Assembly (NCBI GenBank): GCA_007378955.1
Contig: VMGY01000004.1
Coordinates: forward strand, 1-55,364
DNA: 55,364 nucleotides
Direction of reading: 5' to 3'
DNA from: Parcubacteria group bacterium Athens0714_12
GTDB taxonomy: Bacteria > Patescibacteriota > Patescibacteriia > UBA2591 > VMGY01
The notes beneath the pieces were generated by a model. The model did no database searches. It saw only the letters and a list, made by a program, of their open reading frames with translations, and was not told where the DNA came from. Both the position numbers and the translations under genes were made by a program. Numbering within the stretch: the stretch's first letter is position 1; every line of letters starts with the position of its first letter. This document shows, piece after piece, positions 44,463 through 54,579 of the stretch.

Positions 44463-45690
44463 AAAACAATTAAAAATTCTTGTTTTAACGCATTTATTTT
44501 CTGATATTGCTGTTGGCGGAGAGGCCAGGGCTGTTTGGGGATTCACTAACGCTTTAGCGGAGATAGGTCTTGATGTTTACGTGGTTTCATCTTTTGTTGA
44601 AACGGTTGAAAGAAATTATCATCCCAAAATAAAGGTTTATCAGGTGCCTTTCCCAAAAAGAAGAACTAATTTTTGCCAATTAGATATGTTTAAAACTTTT
44701 TTATATGCTTTGCCGATTATTTTTTTAAAAAAAATAGATATTATTCATTTAATGCCCACTCAAGGGCCGCATCCATATGCTTATTTTAAGATTAGGCCTT
44801 TTGTTTCCACGGTTGATGTTAATTGGAATTACGAAGATACTAAGTTTAGGGATGACTTAATTTATGATCGCCGGCAAAAGAGAGAAGAATTAGGCCTTTT
44901 AGAAAAAGAATATGATTTTTTTGATAAAGTTATCGGCAAATTAGCTTATTATTTTTTTAAAATTTTTAGAATGAACCAAGAATTGCCTAAATCAGTAGAT
45001 CTTTGCGCTTACCGACACATTAAATTATTAGATTGGTTTAAAAAGGAAAAATATCCTTCTCAATTTGTTTATATTCCAGTGGGCGTGGATACTAACATGT
45101 TTTCTCCTGTGGTTAAGACCATTTTTTCTAAAAAAGAAAATCTCACTTTTTTATTTATTGGTTCGGTGGCCAAGAGAAAAGGAGTTGAATATTTACTTAG
45201 AGCTTTTAATATTCTTAGCCAAAAATATACGAACATTGAATTATTGATTGTTGGTCCTGGCGCTCCGGCAACAATAGATTTTTTTAAGAAAGTAATTGAA
45301 CCAACCGCTAAAGTAAAATTTCTTGGACAAGCAACTGGTTATAATTTAGTTCGTTATTATAATTGTGCCGATGTTTTTGTATCGCCGTCCGTGGGGATAG
45401 ATTTAGGAATTAATAAATCAGTTGTTGAAGCTATGGCTTGCGCTAAGCCAGTAATAGTTTCTCGCGCCCATGATACAGGAGTAATTGATAATAAGGGCGG
45501 TTTTAGCTTTGAGCCGGGAAATATAAACCAATTAGCTGAAGTAATGGAAAAATTTATTAAAAACCCCGCCTTGATTGAATCTATGGGTAAAACAGCCAGA
45601 GAATATGTTTTAAAAAATCATGATTGGATAATTTTAGCTCAAAGAATGAAGGATGCTTATCAAAAGCTCTTGATAAATTATTTAAAATAG
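44446..45690 (+). CDS. GT4 family glycosyltransferase
   Basis: FIGSVAKRKGVEYLL ... FVSPSVGIDLGINKSVVEAMACAKPVI. Confidence 0.75.
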   Translation: MPEKNKKQLKILVLTHLFSDIAVGGEARAVWGFTNALAEIGLDVYVVSSFVETVERNYHPKIKVYQVPFPKRRTNFCQLDMFKTFLYALPIIFLKKIDIIHLMPTQGPHPYAYFKIRPFVSTVDVNWNYEDTKFRDDLIYDRRQKREELGLLEKEYDFFDKVIGKLAYYFFKIFRMNQELPKSVDLCAYRHIKLLDWFKKEKYPSQFVYIPVGVDTNMFSPVVKTIFSKKENLTFLFIGSVAKRKGVEYLLRAFNILSQKYTNIELLIVGPGAPATIDFFKKVIEPTAKVKFLGQATGYNLVRYYNCADVFVSPSVGIDLGINKSVVEAMACAKPVIVSRAHDTGVIDNKGGFSFEPGNINQLAEVMEKFIKNPALIESMGKTAREYVLKNHDWIILAQRMKDAYQKLLINYLK

Positions 45691-45787
45691 ATTAAACTAA
45701 TTTTAGTTTATTTAAACCATATGGTTCTTTGAAATATTAATAATTGCTTCATATTTTTTGAAGATAAACTTTGAAAGGAGAATAAAA

Positions 45788-47002
45788 ATGAAACAAATGC
45801 CAAGTATTTTATTGATTAATCCAAGAAGCGCTTTTTTAGATTCAGATAGGGTTTTCCCGCCTTTGGGAATTTTGTATCTTAAGAGCTTTTTGGAAAAAGA
45901 GGGGATATATGTTAAATTAGAGGATGATTTTGATTTCAAAAATATTAATAAATACAAAGAATTCCATTACATTGGAATTTCTTGCACGACTCCACAAAGC
46001 AGAGAAGCTGAAATAATATTTAGAGAGATTAAAAAAAATTTTTCTTTAAAAAAAGTAATCATCGGCGGAGCTCATGCTAGTTTTTACACCGAAGAATGCA
46101 TTAAGGCCGGATATGATCATATTGTTCTTGGCGATGGCGAAAAATCACTTTTGGACATTTTAAATGGATGCAATGAAAAAATTTTAAAAAATCCAATTGA
46201 TAGTTCGAAAATGAATTCTCTGCCTTTACCGTTTAGGGATGCTGGTTTTTTATCTAATTATCATTATAAATTAGATAGTTTAAAAACTACTACCGCTATT
46301 ACTTCAAGAGGTTGCCCTTTTAATTGCGCTTTCTGCGAACATGCCAAAACAAAACCAAGATATTATAATTCAGAAAGAATCAAGCAAGAACTATCTGAGA
46401 TCTCCGCGTTAGGATATGAAGCTGTTATGTTTTTTGATGATCTTTTTGCCGTCAACCAGCGGAGAGTGGAGGAACTTTGCGATATAATTAAAGATTTCAA
46501 AATTAAATTCAGATGTTTTGGCCATGTTAAGTGTATGACGCCAAAAATGGCAGAAACTTTAGCTGAAGCAGGATGCGTTGAGACCGGCGTTGGCATGGAA
46601 AGCGGCTCCCAAGAGATATTAAATATAGTTAAATTACCCACCTCAACAGTAAAGGAGAGTTATGAATATATTAAAATTTGCCATCAGTTTGGCATTAGAG
46701 TAAAAGCTTTCTTTATGATTGGATTGCCGGGGGAAACATGTGAAACAATTAAAGAAACGGAAGAATTTATCGCAACTTCCGGCATTGATGATTTTGATTT
46801 AGTTGTTTATTATCCATATAAAGGAACTAGGATAAGAGATCATATCAAAGAATATGATATTTCCTTAATCAATGATGCCGACACTATTGGCTATTACAAG
46901 GGGAGAAAAGGAGGTACTGAAATATCGATTAGAACATCGTTTTTATCTGGGGAAGAAATTAAAAACGAAAGTGACAGAATTTTTAAAAAATACAAAAAAT
47001 AA
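45788..47002 (+). CDS. class B radical SAM enzyme #6
   Basis: Start chosen at ATG 45788 behind AAAGGAG (45774-45780). IIGGAHASFY ... LGDGEKSLLDIL, SRGCPFNCAFC. Confidence 0.8.
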   Translation: MKQMPSILLINPRSAFLDSDRVFPPLGILYLKSFLEKEGIYVKLEDDFDFKNINKYKEFHYIGISCTTPQSREAEIIFREIKKNFSLKKVIIGGAHASFYTEECIKAGYDHIVLGDGEKSLLDILNGCNEKILKNPIDSSKMNSLPLPFRDAGFLSNYHYKLDSLKTTTAITSRGCPFNCAFCEHAKTKPRYYNSERIKQELSEISALGYEAVMFFDDLFAVNQRRVEELCDIIKDFKIKFRCFGHVKCMTPKMAETLAEAGCVETGVGMESGSQEILNIVKLPTSTVKESYEYIKICHQFGIRVKAFFMIGLPGETCETIKETEEFIATSGIDDFDLVVYYPYKGTRIRDHIKEYDISLINDADTIGYYKGRKGGTEISIRTSFLSGEEIKNESDRIFKKYKK

Positions 47003-47011
47003 AAATAAATT

Positions 47012-47044
47012 ATGCCCTATGGTCTTAAACCATAGGGCATTTTA
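47012..47044 (+). terminator. rho-independent terminator
   Basis: ATGCCCTATGG - TCTTAAA - CCATAGGGCAT followed by TTT, 10 nt after the stop. Confidence 0.6.
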
Positions 47045-47132
47045 AATGATTTATGAGTAAATTCATAAGCAGTAATAAATTAGACAAAGACTGCAAAATA
47101 TTATATCTTTAAAGAAGAATAATATATAAATA

Positions 47133-47894
47133 ATGAAAAAAATTATTGTAACAAACAGTTGGGATGATAACCACCCCAAAAATTTGCGTTTACTCGAGCT
47201 TTTAAATAAATATAATTTAAAAGCTACTTTTTATTTAAATAAAAATCATCTTTATAAACATTCAGAAAGTGAAATTAAAAAAATCGCCCAAAATCAGGAA
47301 ATCGGCGCTCATACCTTAACTCATCCAGATTTGGATAAAATCAGCCCAGAGAATGCTTGGCAGGAAATAAAGGGCTCAAAAGATTATTTTGAAAATATTT
47401 TAGGGCAGCAAGTAAAAATGTTTGCTTATCCTCGAGGATTTTTTAATCAGGATTTAAAAAATATTGTCGCTAAAGCGGGATTTTTAGGCGCGCGGACCGT
47501 TAAAACATTTTGTCTTGAGCCGCCGAAAGATTTTTTTGAATTTGGCGCCACCCTTCATTTATATCCTTTTCCTTTCCGGAAACGGGACGCGCGCAATTAT
47601 CATTTAACAAGATTTTTATTTCAGCCGTTGCAAAGGTCGTTCAAAGGAATAATAAAATTAAAATTGCCGCTTGATAGTTTTTTTTCCTGGCAAAATTTGG
47701 CCAAAAATCTTTTTGATTATGTTTATAGAAATGGCGGCATCTGGCATTTATGGGGTCATGGCTTTGAAATTGAAAAATATGACATGTGGGGAGAATTAGA
47801 AGATATTTTCAAATATATTTCCCATAAGCCGGAAATAAAATATTTATCCAATAGCGAAGTTTTAGAAAATGAAAATTCTAATTTTATCCGATAA
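47133..47894 (+). CDS. polysaccharide deacetylase (CE4 family)
   Basis: NSWDDN (motif 1 variant), IGAHTLTHPDL (H-x-x-x-H motif 2), AYPRG. Confidence 0.65.
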   Translation: MKKIIVTNSWDDNHPKNLRLLELLNKYNLKATFYLNKNHLYKHSESEIKKIAQNQEIGAHTLTHPDLDKISPENAWQEIKGSKDYFENILGQQVKMFAYPRGFFNQDLKNIVAKAGFLGARTVKTFCLEPPKDFFEFGATLHLYPFPFRKRDARNYHLTRFLFQPLQRSFKGIIKLKLPLDSFFSWQNLAKNLFDYVYRNGGIWHLWGHGFEIEKYDMWGELEDIFKYISHKPEIKYLSNSEVLENENSNFIR

Positions 47895-49134
47895 TTTTTA
47901 TCCTTATAATAAAGGCGGCGTGGAAGTTGTTTCTTATCGTTTAGCCGAACAATATTTAAAAGAAGGGAATGAAGTCGTGGTAATTTGCGCCACCGGCAGA
48001 AAAGAATCAATTGGAAAGGAAATTTTAAACGGCCTGGCGATTGAACGCTTTTACAGTCGGGATTATCCGCGTTTTCGGGCTTATGCCGGTTTGTTTAATT
48101 TTTTCAGCGCCCAAAAAGTCAAAAAAATTTTATTGCGGGAAAAACCAGATATTATCCACGCGCACAATCTTCATCAAAATATTTCTTTTTACGCGTTAAA
48201 ATTGATAAAAAAATTAAAATTTTCTTTAGTTTTGACCCTTCATGACTGCACTTCTTTTTGCTATAAAAAATTTGATTGCTATTTAAATCCTGATAATTTG
48301 TCTTTGGCGCCAAAATATTCTTACCAGCACAATCCATGGAAATGCTTACTTTGCCAAAAAAGGCGCTATTTTCCTTTGAGAAATTTTTTAATCAGGTATT
48401 TTTTGAAATTTCCCGACAAAATTTTCGCTGTTTCCGAAGAGCACCAGAAAGTTTTGCAAGCTAATAAAGTCAGGTGCGATGATTTTATTTATAACGGCAT
48501 AAACAATGAAAGTTTTAATTGTTCGGGAGAGCGGCAAAAGATATTTTTGAAAAAATTTAATCTTGAAAATAAAAAAATTATTTTAGGCGCCGGCAGATTG
48601 CATCCGGCCAAAGGATTTGAATGCGCGATTAAGGCATTGCCAAATGTTTGCAAAAAGGATAAAAATATTGTTTTTGTTTTGGCGAGCCAAAAAAATAATT
48701 ACGCGGATTATCTTTTAAAACTTGCCGCGCAAATGGGTGTTAAGGATAATTTTTTGATTACCGGCTGGCTTGAGGGTGATGATTTGAAATCCGCCTTTTG
48801 CGCCAGCTTGCTGGTTGTTTATCCGTCCCTTTGCTTTGACACTTTCGGCCTGGTGAATTTAGAAGCGATGGCCGCCAAAAAACCGGTGATTGCCACTTGC
48901 TTCGGCGGTTCAAAAGAAGTGGTTTTAGACGGAATTACCGGCTATGTAATTAATCCTTATAACACGGATGATTTCTCGGAAAAAATATTGAAAATTTTAA
49001 AAGATGAAAAATTAGCCAAAGAAATGGGCCAAAAAGGATATCAAAGAGTGAAAGAAAAATTTACGATTGAACAGAGCGCGAGCAAGTATTTAGAAAATTT
49101 CAAGATTTTAATAAATAATAAATCCAATGGCTAA
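47869..49134 (+). CDS. GT4 family glycosyltransferase
   Basis: MKILILSDNFYPYNKGGVEVV ... VYPSLCFDTFGLVNLEAMAAKKPVIA. Confidence 0.8.
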   Translation: MKILILSDNFYPYNKGGVEVVSYRLAEQYLKEGNEVVVICATGRKESIGKEILNGLAIERFYSRDYPRFRAYAGLFNFFSAQKVKKILLREKPDIIHAHNLHQNISFYALKLIKKLKFSLVLTLHDCTSFCYKKFDCYLNPDNLSLAPKYSYQHNPWKCLLCQKRRYFPLRNFLIRYFLKFPDKIFAVSEEHQKVLQANKVRCDDFIYNGINNESFNCSGERQKIFLKKFNLENKKIILGAGRLHPAKGFECAIKALPNVCKKDKNIVFVLASQKNNYADYLLKLAAQMGVKDNFLITGWLEGDDLKSAFCASLLVVYPSLCFDTFGLVNLEAMAAKKPVIATCFGGSKEVVLDGITGYVINPYNTDDFSEKILKILKDEKLAKEMGQKGYQRVKEKFTIEQSASKYLENFKILINNKSNG

Positions 49135-50620
49135 AGTCGTTTTGTTTTATCCGAAATTAGAAGAAAATATAGAGGAAGGGCAAAGAATTTTATTGCCGAT
49201 GAGTATTTTGACGGTTGCCGCTCCTTTAGCGGCTGAAAGCGTTGAGGTTAAAATAATCGACCAGCGAGTGACTGACAATTGGCAAAATGTATTAATGGAA
49301 GAATTAAAAAAAGAGCCCTTGATTGTCGGCTTTTCCGTTTTAACCGGCAAGCAAATTCTTTACGCTTTGGAAGCTTCAAAAATAGTCAAAGAAAATTCAA
49401 AAGCTTTTGTTGTTTGGGGCGGGGTGCATCCCAGTTTGCTGCCGGAACAAACTTTGAAAAACGAAATGATTGATTATTTGATAATCAGGGAAGGTGAAAA
49501 ATCTTTTTTAGAACTTTTCAGATCACTTGCCAATAAAGAAGATATTTCAAAAATCAAAGGAATCGCTTGGAAAGACGAAAATAAAAATATTTATATCAAC
49601 GCCCCGCGGGATTTTATTTGTCTGGATGATTTGCCGGATATCCCATATCATTTAGTGGAGATGGAAAAATATATCGCCGAAAAAACTTATTCATCGGGCA
49701 AAGCCGGCCGGGAAATCGCTTTTTACACCAGCCGCGGCTGCCCGCATAATTGCGCTTTTTGTTATAATCAAAATTTTAATTCAAGAAAATGGAGAGGCGA
49801 GTCGGCGGGAAGAGTTGTCGCCAGAATGGAAGAATTGATAAAAAAATTCGGGATCACTTCTTTTAATATTCAGGATGATGAATTTTTTGTGGATATTAAT
49901 AGAGCTAAAAAAATTTGCCAATTAATAAAAGAAAAAAATATTAAGATTGAAATCGCTTCCTCCTGCCGGGTTGATTATATTTATTATCGGATGGACGACA
50001 TTTTTTTAAAATTATTATTTGAAGCCGGATTTAAGACTTTATTTTTAGGAGTTGAATCTGGTTCTCCAAGAATTCAGAAAATGATTCATAAAAATATAAC
50101 AAATAAGCAAGTTCTAATAGTGGCTGAAAAACTTCAAAGGGCTAAAATTAACGCTAAACTTTTTTTTATGGTTGGATTTCCCACGGAAACAGTAGATGAC
50201 ATATACAAAACGACGGATTCAATTTGGCAGATTAAAAAGCAAAATCCTTACATCAGAATTCCGCCTTGGCGGGTGTTTGTGCCATATCCAGGCACGGATC
50301 TTTATCAGCTTAGTATTAATAAGGGATTTAAAGCGCCTTACTCCTTGGAAGAATGGGCTAAATATGATTTTAATACAGTTCAATTGCCTTGGATTGCCAG
50401 AAAAGAAAAAATTATTATTAATAATGTTATTTTTTTTGTGCGTTACTTGAACATAAGAGCTAAAAAATTAAAACCAAGTTTTAAGCATTTATTATTGAAT
50501 ATTTACAGCGCTTCAGTTGATTTTCGTTGGAGATACCGTCTTTTTTTATTTTGTCCAGAGAAAGTAATAATTAAATTATTTCATAAAATATTTGATTTAG
50601 CTAAATCTTTATTTATATAA
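49127..50620 (+). CDS. class B radical SAM enzyme #7
   Basis: VWGGVHPSLL ... IREGEKSFLELF, SRGCPHNCAFC. 8-nt overlap with the GT4 gene. Confidence 0.8.
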   Translation: MAKVVLFYPKLEENIEEGQRILLPMSILTVAAPLAAESVEVKIIDQRVTDNWQNVLMEELKKEPLIVGFSVLTGKQILYALEASKIVKENSKAFVVWGGVHPSLLPEQTLKNEMIDYLIIREGEKSFLELFRSLANKEDISKIKGIAWKDENKNIYINAPRDFICLDDLPDIPYHLVEMEKYIAEKTYSSGKAGREIAFYTSRGCPHNCAFCYNQNFNSRKWRGESAGRVVARMEELIKKFGITSFNIQDDEFFVDINRAKKICQLIKEKNIKIEIASSCRVDYIYYRMDDIFLKLLFEAGFKTLFLGVESGSPRIQKMIHKNITNKQVLIVAEKLQRAKINAKLFFMVGFPTETVDDIYKTTDSIWQIKKQNPYIRIPPWRVFVPYPGTDLYQLSINKGFKAPYSLEEWAKYDFNTVQLPWIARKEKIIINNVIFFVRYLNIRAKKLKPSFKHLLLNIYSASVDFRWRYRLFLFCPEKVIIKLFHKIFDLAKSLFI

Positions 50621-50658
50621 TTGCTCAAATTATTAATTCATGCTATTTTATTTATTAT

Positions 50659-53118
50659 ATGCCTCAAGAAAAATTGACTAAAATTTTGGTTAATATAATT
50701 AAGATAGGAGTTTTGATTATCTTATTCCTGCCCCTGGTTATTTCCGCCAATTTCTTTTTTCCTTTCGTGGTTTTAAGAAATTTTTTATTTAGAACCATCG
50801 CCGAGATAATTTTTGTTTTGTATTTAATTTTGGCCGTTTATAATCCCGCTTATCGGCCAAAATTTAAAAATAAGATAGTTTTGGCGGTAATTATTTTTTT
50901 TATCGTTCTATTTCTGGCTTGTTTATTCGGCGCGGATTTTAAAAACAGCATTTGGGGGAATTATGAGAGAATGAACGGCTTGTTTCATTCTTTGCATTTA
51001 GTCCTTTATTTTTTTGTTTTGGTTAATGTTTTTAAAAATAAAAAAGACTGGCAAGATTTTTTTACTTTTTCTATTTTTACCAGCTTGCTGATGAGCTTTA
51101 TCTGCTTGGCGCAGTATTTTCAAGTTCCTTTTTTAATGAAGTCTTCCGGCGGCGACCGCTTGACGGGCACTTTGGGAAACGCCACTTATTTAGCCGCTTA
51201 TTATATTTTTCATTTATTTTTGATTTATTATTTTTTCGCCAAGGAAAAACTTTTTTCTCTCAAGTTTTTCATCTATAGCGTTTTAACCTTTGATTTAATT
51301 TTAATTATTAATGAAATTTATCTCCGCCTCTCCGTTAAATCGCCGGGGATTATCACGCAGGTTTTTCAATATTCCAAACTATTTATCCCATTTTTGATTT
51401 TACAAATTTTTATTTTTTCTTTTTTCTTTTTTAAGTCCAGGCAAAAACTTTTGCTTAAAATATTTTTAGCCTCGCTTTTTATTTTTGAATTTTTTATCTT
51501 TTTTGGCGCCCAGACCAGAGGCGCCGTTCTCGGGCTATTGGCCGGAATTTTATTTTATATTTTTTTCGTTGTTTATTCCGGCCAAAAAAAACAGAAAATT
51601 TTCGCTTCCTCTTTCCTTATTTTGATTATTGTTTTCAGCTTATTTATTTATTCAAATAAAGATTCAAAATGGCTCGGGGAAAAGGCGCCTGTTCTTCTTC
51701 GGCTGACCACTATCTCGCCAAAAAGCATTACCGGCGAATCTCGCTTGCTGACTTGGGAGGCGAGTTGGAAGGGTTGGCTGGAAAGGCCGTTGCTTGGATA
51801 CGGATTGGAGAATTACAATGTCGTTTTTAATAAATATTTTCCCGCGGCGATTTTTAGGGACCAGGGTTCCCAAATTTGGTTTGACAAAGCGCACAATATT
51901 ATTTTTGACATCGGCGCGACTTCCGGCTTTATCGGTCTGTTCAGTTATTTAGCTATTTTTATTTTCGCTTTCTTTTATTTAAAAAAAGTTTACCGAAAAA
52001 ATAAAGATTTTAATGAAAGCGTCTTATTCGGCTCTTTATTGATTGCTTATTTCGGCCAGAATTTTTTTGTTTTTGATACTTTAAACACGGAAATTTTATT
52101 TTATTTAATTTTAGGTTTTATTGTTTTTCAAAGCGAATCCAATAACGCGCCTATTGATATTTCAGAACAAGAAAAGTTGAAAAAAGAAGCGAATTTTGAT
52201 TTTTTAACACCAGCAATTTTATTAATTCTTTTTCTTTTTTCTTTTTATAATTTTAATTATAAGCCGCTCAAAGGCAATTATTATTTGGCGAAAGCGCTTC
52301 TTTTGAAAACAATAAAAGAGCAAAAAGGGGAATCGGCTTATGACGAGGAAGTGATTAATAATTTTAAGAAAGCTCTTACTTATAGCAAAAATACTTTCGG
52401 CAGATTTGAAACAAGACAGCAATTAACTAATTATACAATGGACTTGTCCAGGGATGAGTCAATAGACCAGAACAAATTAAAAGAATTGATTGAATTTGCC
52501 GTTAATGAAATGGAAAAAAGCGTTAAAGAAAGCCCTTTAAATGTCAGAGAGCATCTTTATTTGGCTACTTTGTATGATGCCGCGGCTAAATTTAATTTTG
52601 ATTATTTAAATAAATCAATTAATGTTTTAACCAAAGCGATTCCCTTAAGCCCGACGCGTCCCCAGCTTTATTTTGAAAGAGGCCAGGCGAAGATTTTTCA
52701 GGGCAAATTTGAAGAGGCGATAAGCGATTTTAAAAAAGGCGCGGACTTGAGCCCTACGGTGGTGGAATCCCATTGGAATTTAGCCGCCGCTTATATTTTA
52801 TCAGGGCAAGAAGATAAAGCGGAAGAAGAATTTAAAAAAGCCGAAGAATTAGGTTTTAATTTTCAGACTGTTCAAAATTACCAAAGATTAATCCAAGTTT
52901 ATATAAATAAGGGAGATTACGCGAAGATGGCGGAATTATACAAGAAAATGATTGAATTAGAGCCCAATGTCGCGAGTCATTACGCTAAATTAGCTTGGGT
53001 TTATATGCAAATGGGTGAAAAGGAAAAAGCTAAAGAAGCGACGGAAAAAGCGGTTGAAATAGATCCCAGTTTAAGAGCGCAGGCAGATTTGTTTTTAGAA
53101 GAACTAAAAAAGAAATAA
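50659..53118 (+). CDS. O-antigen ligase/polymerase-like (Wzy_C) membrane protein with C-terminal TPR repeats
   Basis: More than 10 TM helices, a loop reading GAQTRGAVLGLLAG and WKGWLERPLLGYGLENY. The C-terminal ~250 aa hold TPR-like repeats (YFERGQAKIFQGKFEEAISDFKKGADLSP, ...). Confidence 0.7.
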   Translation: MPQEKLTKILVNIIKIGVLIILFLPLVISANFFFPFVVLRNFLFRTIAEIIFVLYLILAVYNPAYRPKFKNKIVLAVIIFFIVLFLACLFGADFKNSIWGNYERMNGLFHSLHLVLYFFVLVNVFKNKKDWQDFFTFSIFTSLLMSFICLAQYFQVPFLMKSSGGDRLTGTLGNATYLAAYYIFHLFLIYYFFAKEKLFSLKFFIYSVLTFDLILIINEIYLRLSVKSPGIITQVFQYSKLFIPFLILQIFIFSFFFFKSRQKLLLKIFLASLFIFEFFIFFGAQTRGAVLGLLAGILFYIFFVVYSGQKKQKIFASSFLILIIVFSLFIYSNKDSKWLGEKAPVLLRLTTISPKSITGESRLLTWEASWKGWLERPLLGYGLENYNVVFNKYFPAAIFRDQGSQIWFDKAHNIIFDIGATSGFIGLFSYLAIFIFAFFYLKKVYRKNKDFNESVLFGSLLIAYFGQNFFVFDTLNTEILFYLILGFIVFQSESNNAPIDISEQEKLKKEANFDFLTPAILLILFLFSFYNFNYKPLKGNYYLAKALLLKTIKEQKGESAYDEEVINNFKKALTYSKNTFGRFETRQQLTNYTMDLSRDESIDQNKLKELIEFAVNEMEKSVKESPLNVREHLYLATLYDAAAKFNFDYLNKSINVLTKAIPLSPTRPQLYFERGQAKIFQGKFEEAISDFKKGADLSPTVVESHWNLAAAYILSGQEDKAEEEFKKAEELGFNFQTVQNYQRLIQVYINKGDYAKMAELYKKMIELEPNVASHYAKLAWVYMQMGEKEKAKEATEKAVEIDPSLRAQADLFLEELKKK

Positions 53119-53244
53119 TTTTCAATTTTCAATGACCAATTTTCAATGAATTATCAATTTTCCAATTTTCAAACAATCAAAAGCAGGAATTAATTGATAA
53201 TTGAATAATTGGAGTTTGATTGAAAATTGAGAATTGAAAATTAA
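53117..53244. terminator. long AT-rich imperfect palindrome between convergent genes (candidate bidirectional terminator)
   Basis: TAATTTTCAATTTTCAAT (53117-53134) pairs with ATTGAGAATTGAAAATTA (53227-53244). Inner arms CCAATTTTCAATGAATTATCAATT / AATTGATAATTGAATAATTGG. Confidence 0.5.
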
Positions 53245-54579
53245 TCATCGTCCTTCTCTCTGTATAATAATTTTTATCGTTCTAAGAGCAATATCCAAAT
53301 CTAAAATAAAAGAGCGGTTTTTTAAATAATAAAGCTCGTATTGAAGTTTTTCCAGCGCGTCTTCAACGCTCGCTCCGTAAGGAAAATTTATTTGCGCCCA
53401 GCCGGTTAATCCCGGTTTGATTAAGTGCCTTATTTGATAGTAAGGTATTTTTTTTTCTAATTCTTGAACGAACTCGGGCCTTTCCGGCCGCGGACCGATA
53501 AAACTCATTTCTCCTTTGAGTATATTCAAAAGTTGGGGCAGTTCGTCTAATCGAGCTTTTCTTAAAAAGCGCCCTGCTTTTGTGATGCGCGGGTCTCCCA
53601 TCTTCGCCCATTGAGGGCCGGATTTTTCCGCGTTAGAAAACATCGAGCGAAATTTTAAAGCAAGAAATAATTTGCCGTTTTTGCCGACTCTGATTTGCTT
53701 AAATAAAATAGGCCCTTCGCTGTCTATTTTAATAAGCAAAGCGATAAAAGGAGTTAAAAATAAAGCGATAATTCCCAATAAAAAAGCCAACAAGATATCT
53801 AATAATTTTTTTAACCCTTGATAAGTGTCTTTTTTGCTCTCCATTAAATTTTCTAAAAACCAAATTTCTTTAATTAAAGAAATAGGTATCTTATTTGTCG
53901 TTTCTTCGTAGAAAGTGGCTAAATCTATAAAATTAATTTTTAAAGGCAGGCATTGATAAAGAGTTTGGACTAAATTTTCATCCTGATGATAAGAAGGATT
54001 GCCGATTACAATAGTATTGATATTATTTTTTTTTAACAATTCTTTGAAGCAGGAAATGTTTTGTAAAATTTCCGGTTTTACGATATCTATAATTGTATAA
54101 CCCAATTGAGGATTATTTTTAATTTTTTCCGCTAATTGCTCAGCTTCTTTATCTTCGCCGATAATTAAAACATTATTCAAAAGAATTCGCGATTTGATAA
54201 AATAATTAAAAAGCTGCCGCCAGAGGGTGAAAAAAACAGCGAATAAAATCAGATTTATAAAAAGATTTGTTTTAGGATTAATGCCGAAGTATGGAATAAG
54301 ATAAAAGAAAGTCGCCGACAAAAGTCCGACAATAAGCAATGTTTTGGAAAGAAGATTGAAAAAAACTAAATTATTGCGGGCTAAATTTAAATCATATAGA
54401 TTGGCAATATGGAAAATAAGCAGCCAAAAAATATAGATAACAGTAAAAGGAAATAAATGCTGCTGCCATTTTTCAGCCGTTGCCGCGTGGTAACGTATAA
54501 GCAGGGTCAGATAGAGAGACAGATATAAAACAGAAATATCGCCTGCCAATAAAATAATTTTTTTAAGTTGTTTAGTCAT
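53245..54579 (-). CDS. polyprenyl-phosphate sugar-1-phosphate transferase (WbaP / bacterial sugar transferase family), the initiating enzyme
   Basis: N-terminal TM helices, a central Rossmann-like domain and C-terminal ...RITKAGRFLRKARLDELPQLLNILKGEMSFIGPRPERPEF. ATG at 54579 was preferred; a TTG at 54621 is the longest-ORF alternative. Confidence 0.85.
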   Translation of the reverse strand: MTKQLKKIILLAGDISVLYLSLYLTLLIRYHAATAEKWQQHLFPFTVIYIFWLLIFHIANLYDLNLARNNLVFFNLLSKTLLIVGLLSATFFYLIPYFGINPKTNLFINLILFAVFFTLWRQLFNYFIKSRILLNNVLIIGEDKEAEQLAEKIKNNPQLGYTIIDIVKPEILQNISCFKELLKKNNINTIVIGNPSYHQDENLVQTLYQCLPLKINFIDLATFYEETTNKIPISLIKEIWFLENLMESKKDTYQGLKKLLDILLAFLLGIIALFLTPFIALLIKIDSEGPILFKQIRVGKNGKLFLALKFRSMFSNAEKSGPQWAKMGDPRITKAGRFLRKARLDELPQLLNILKGEMSFIGPRPERPEFVQELEKKIPYYQIRHLIKPGLTGWAQINFPYGASVEDALEKLQYELYYLKNRSFILDLDIALRTIKIIIQREGR

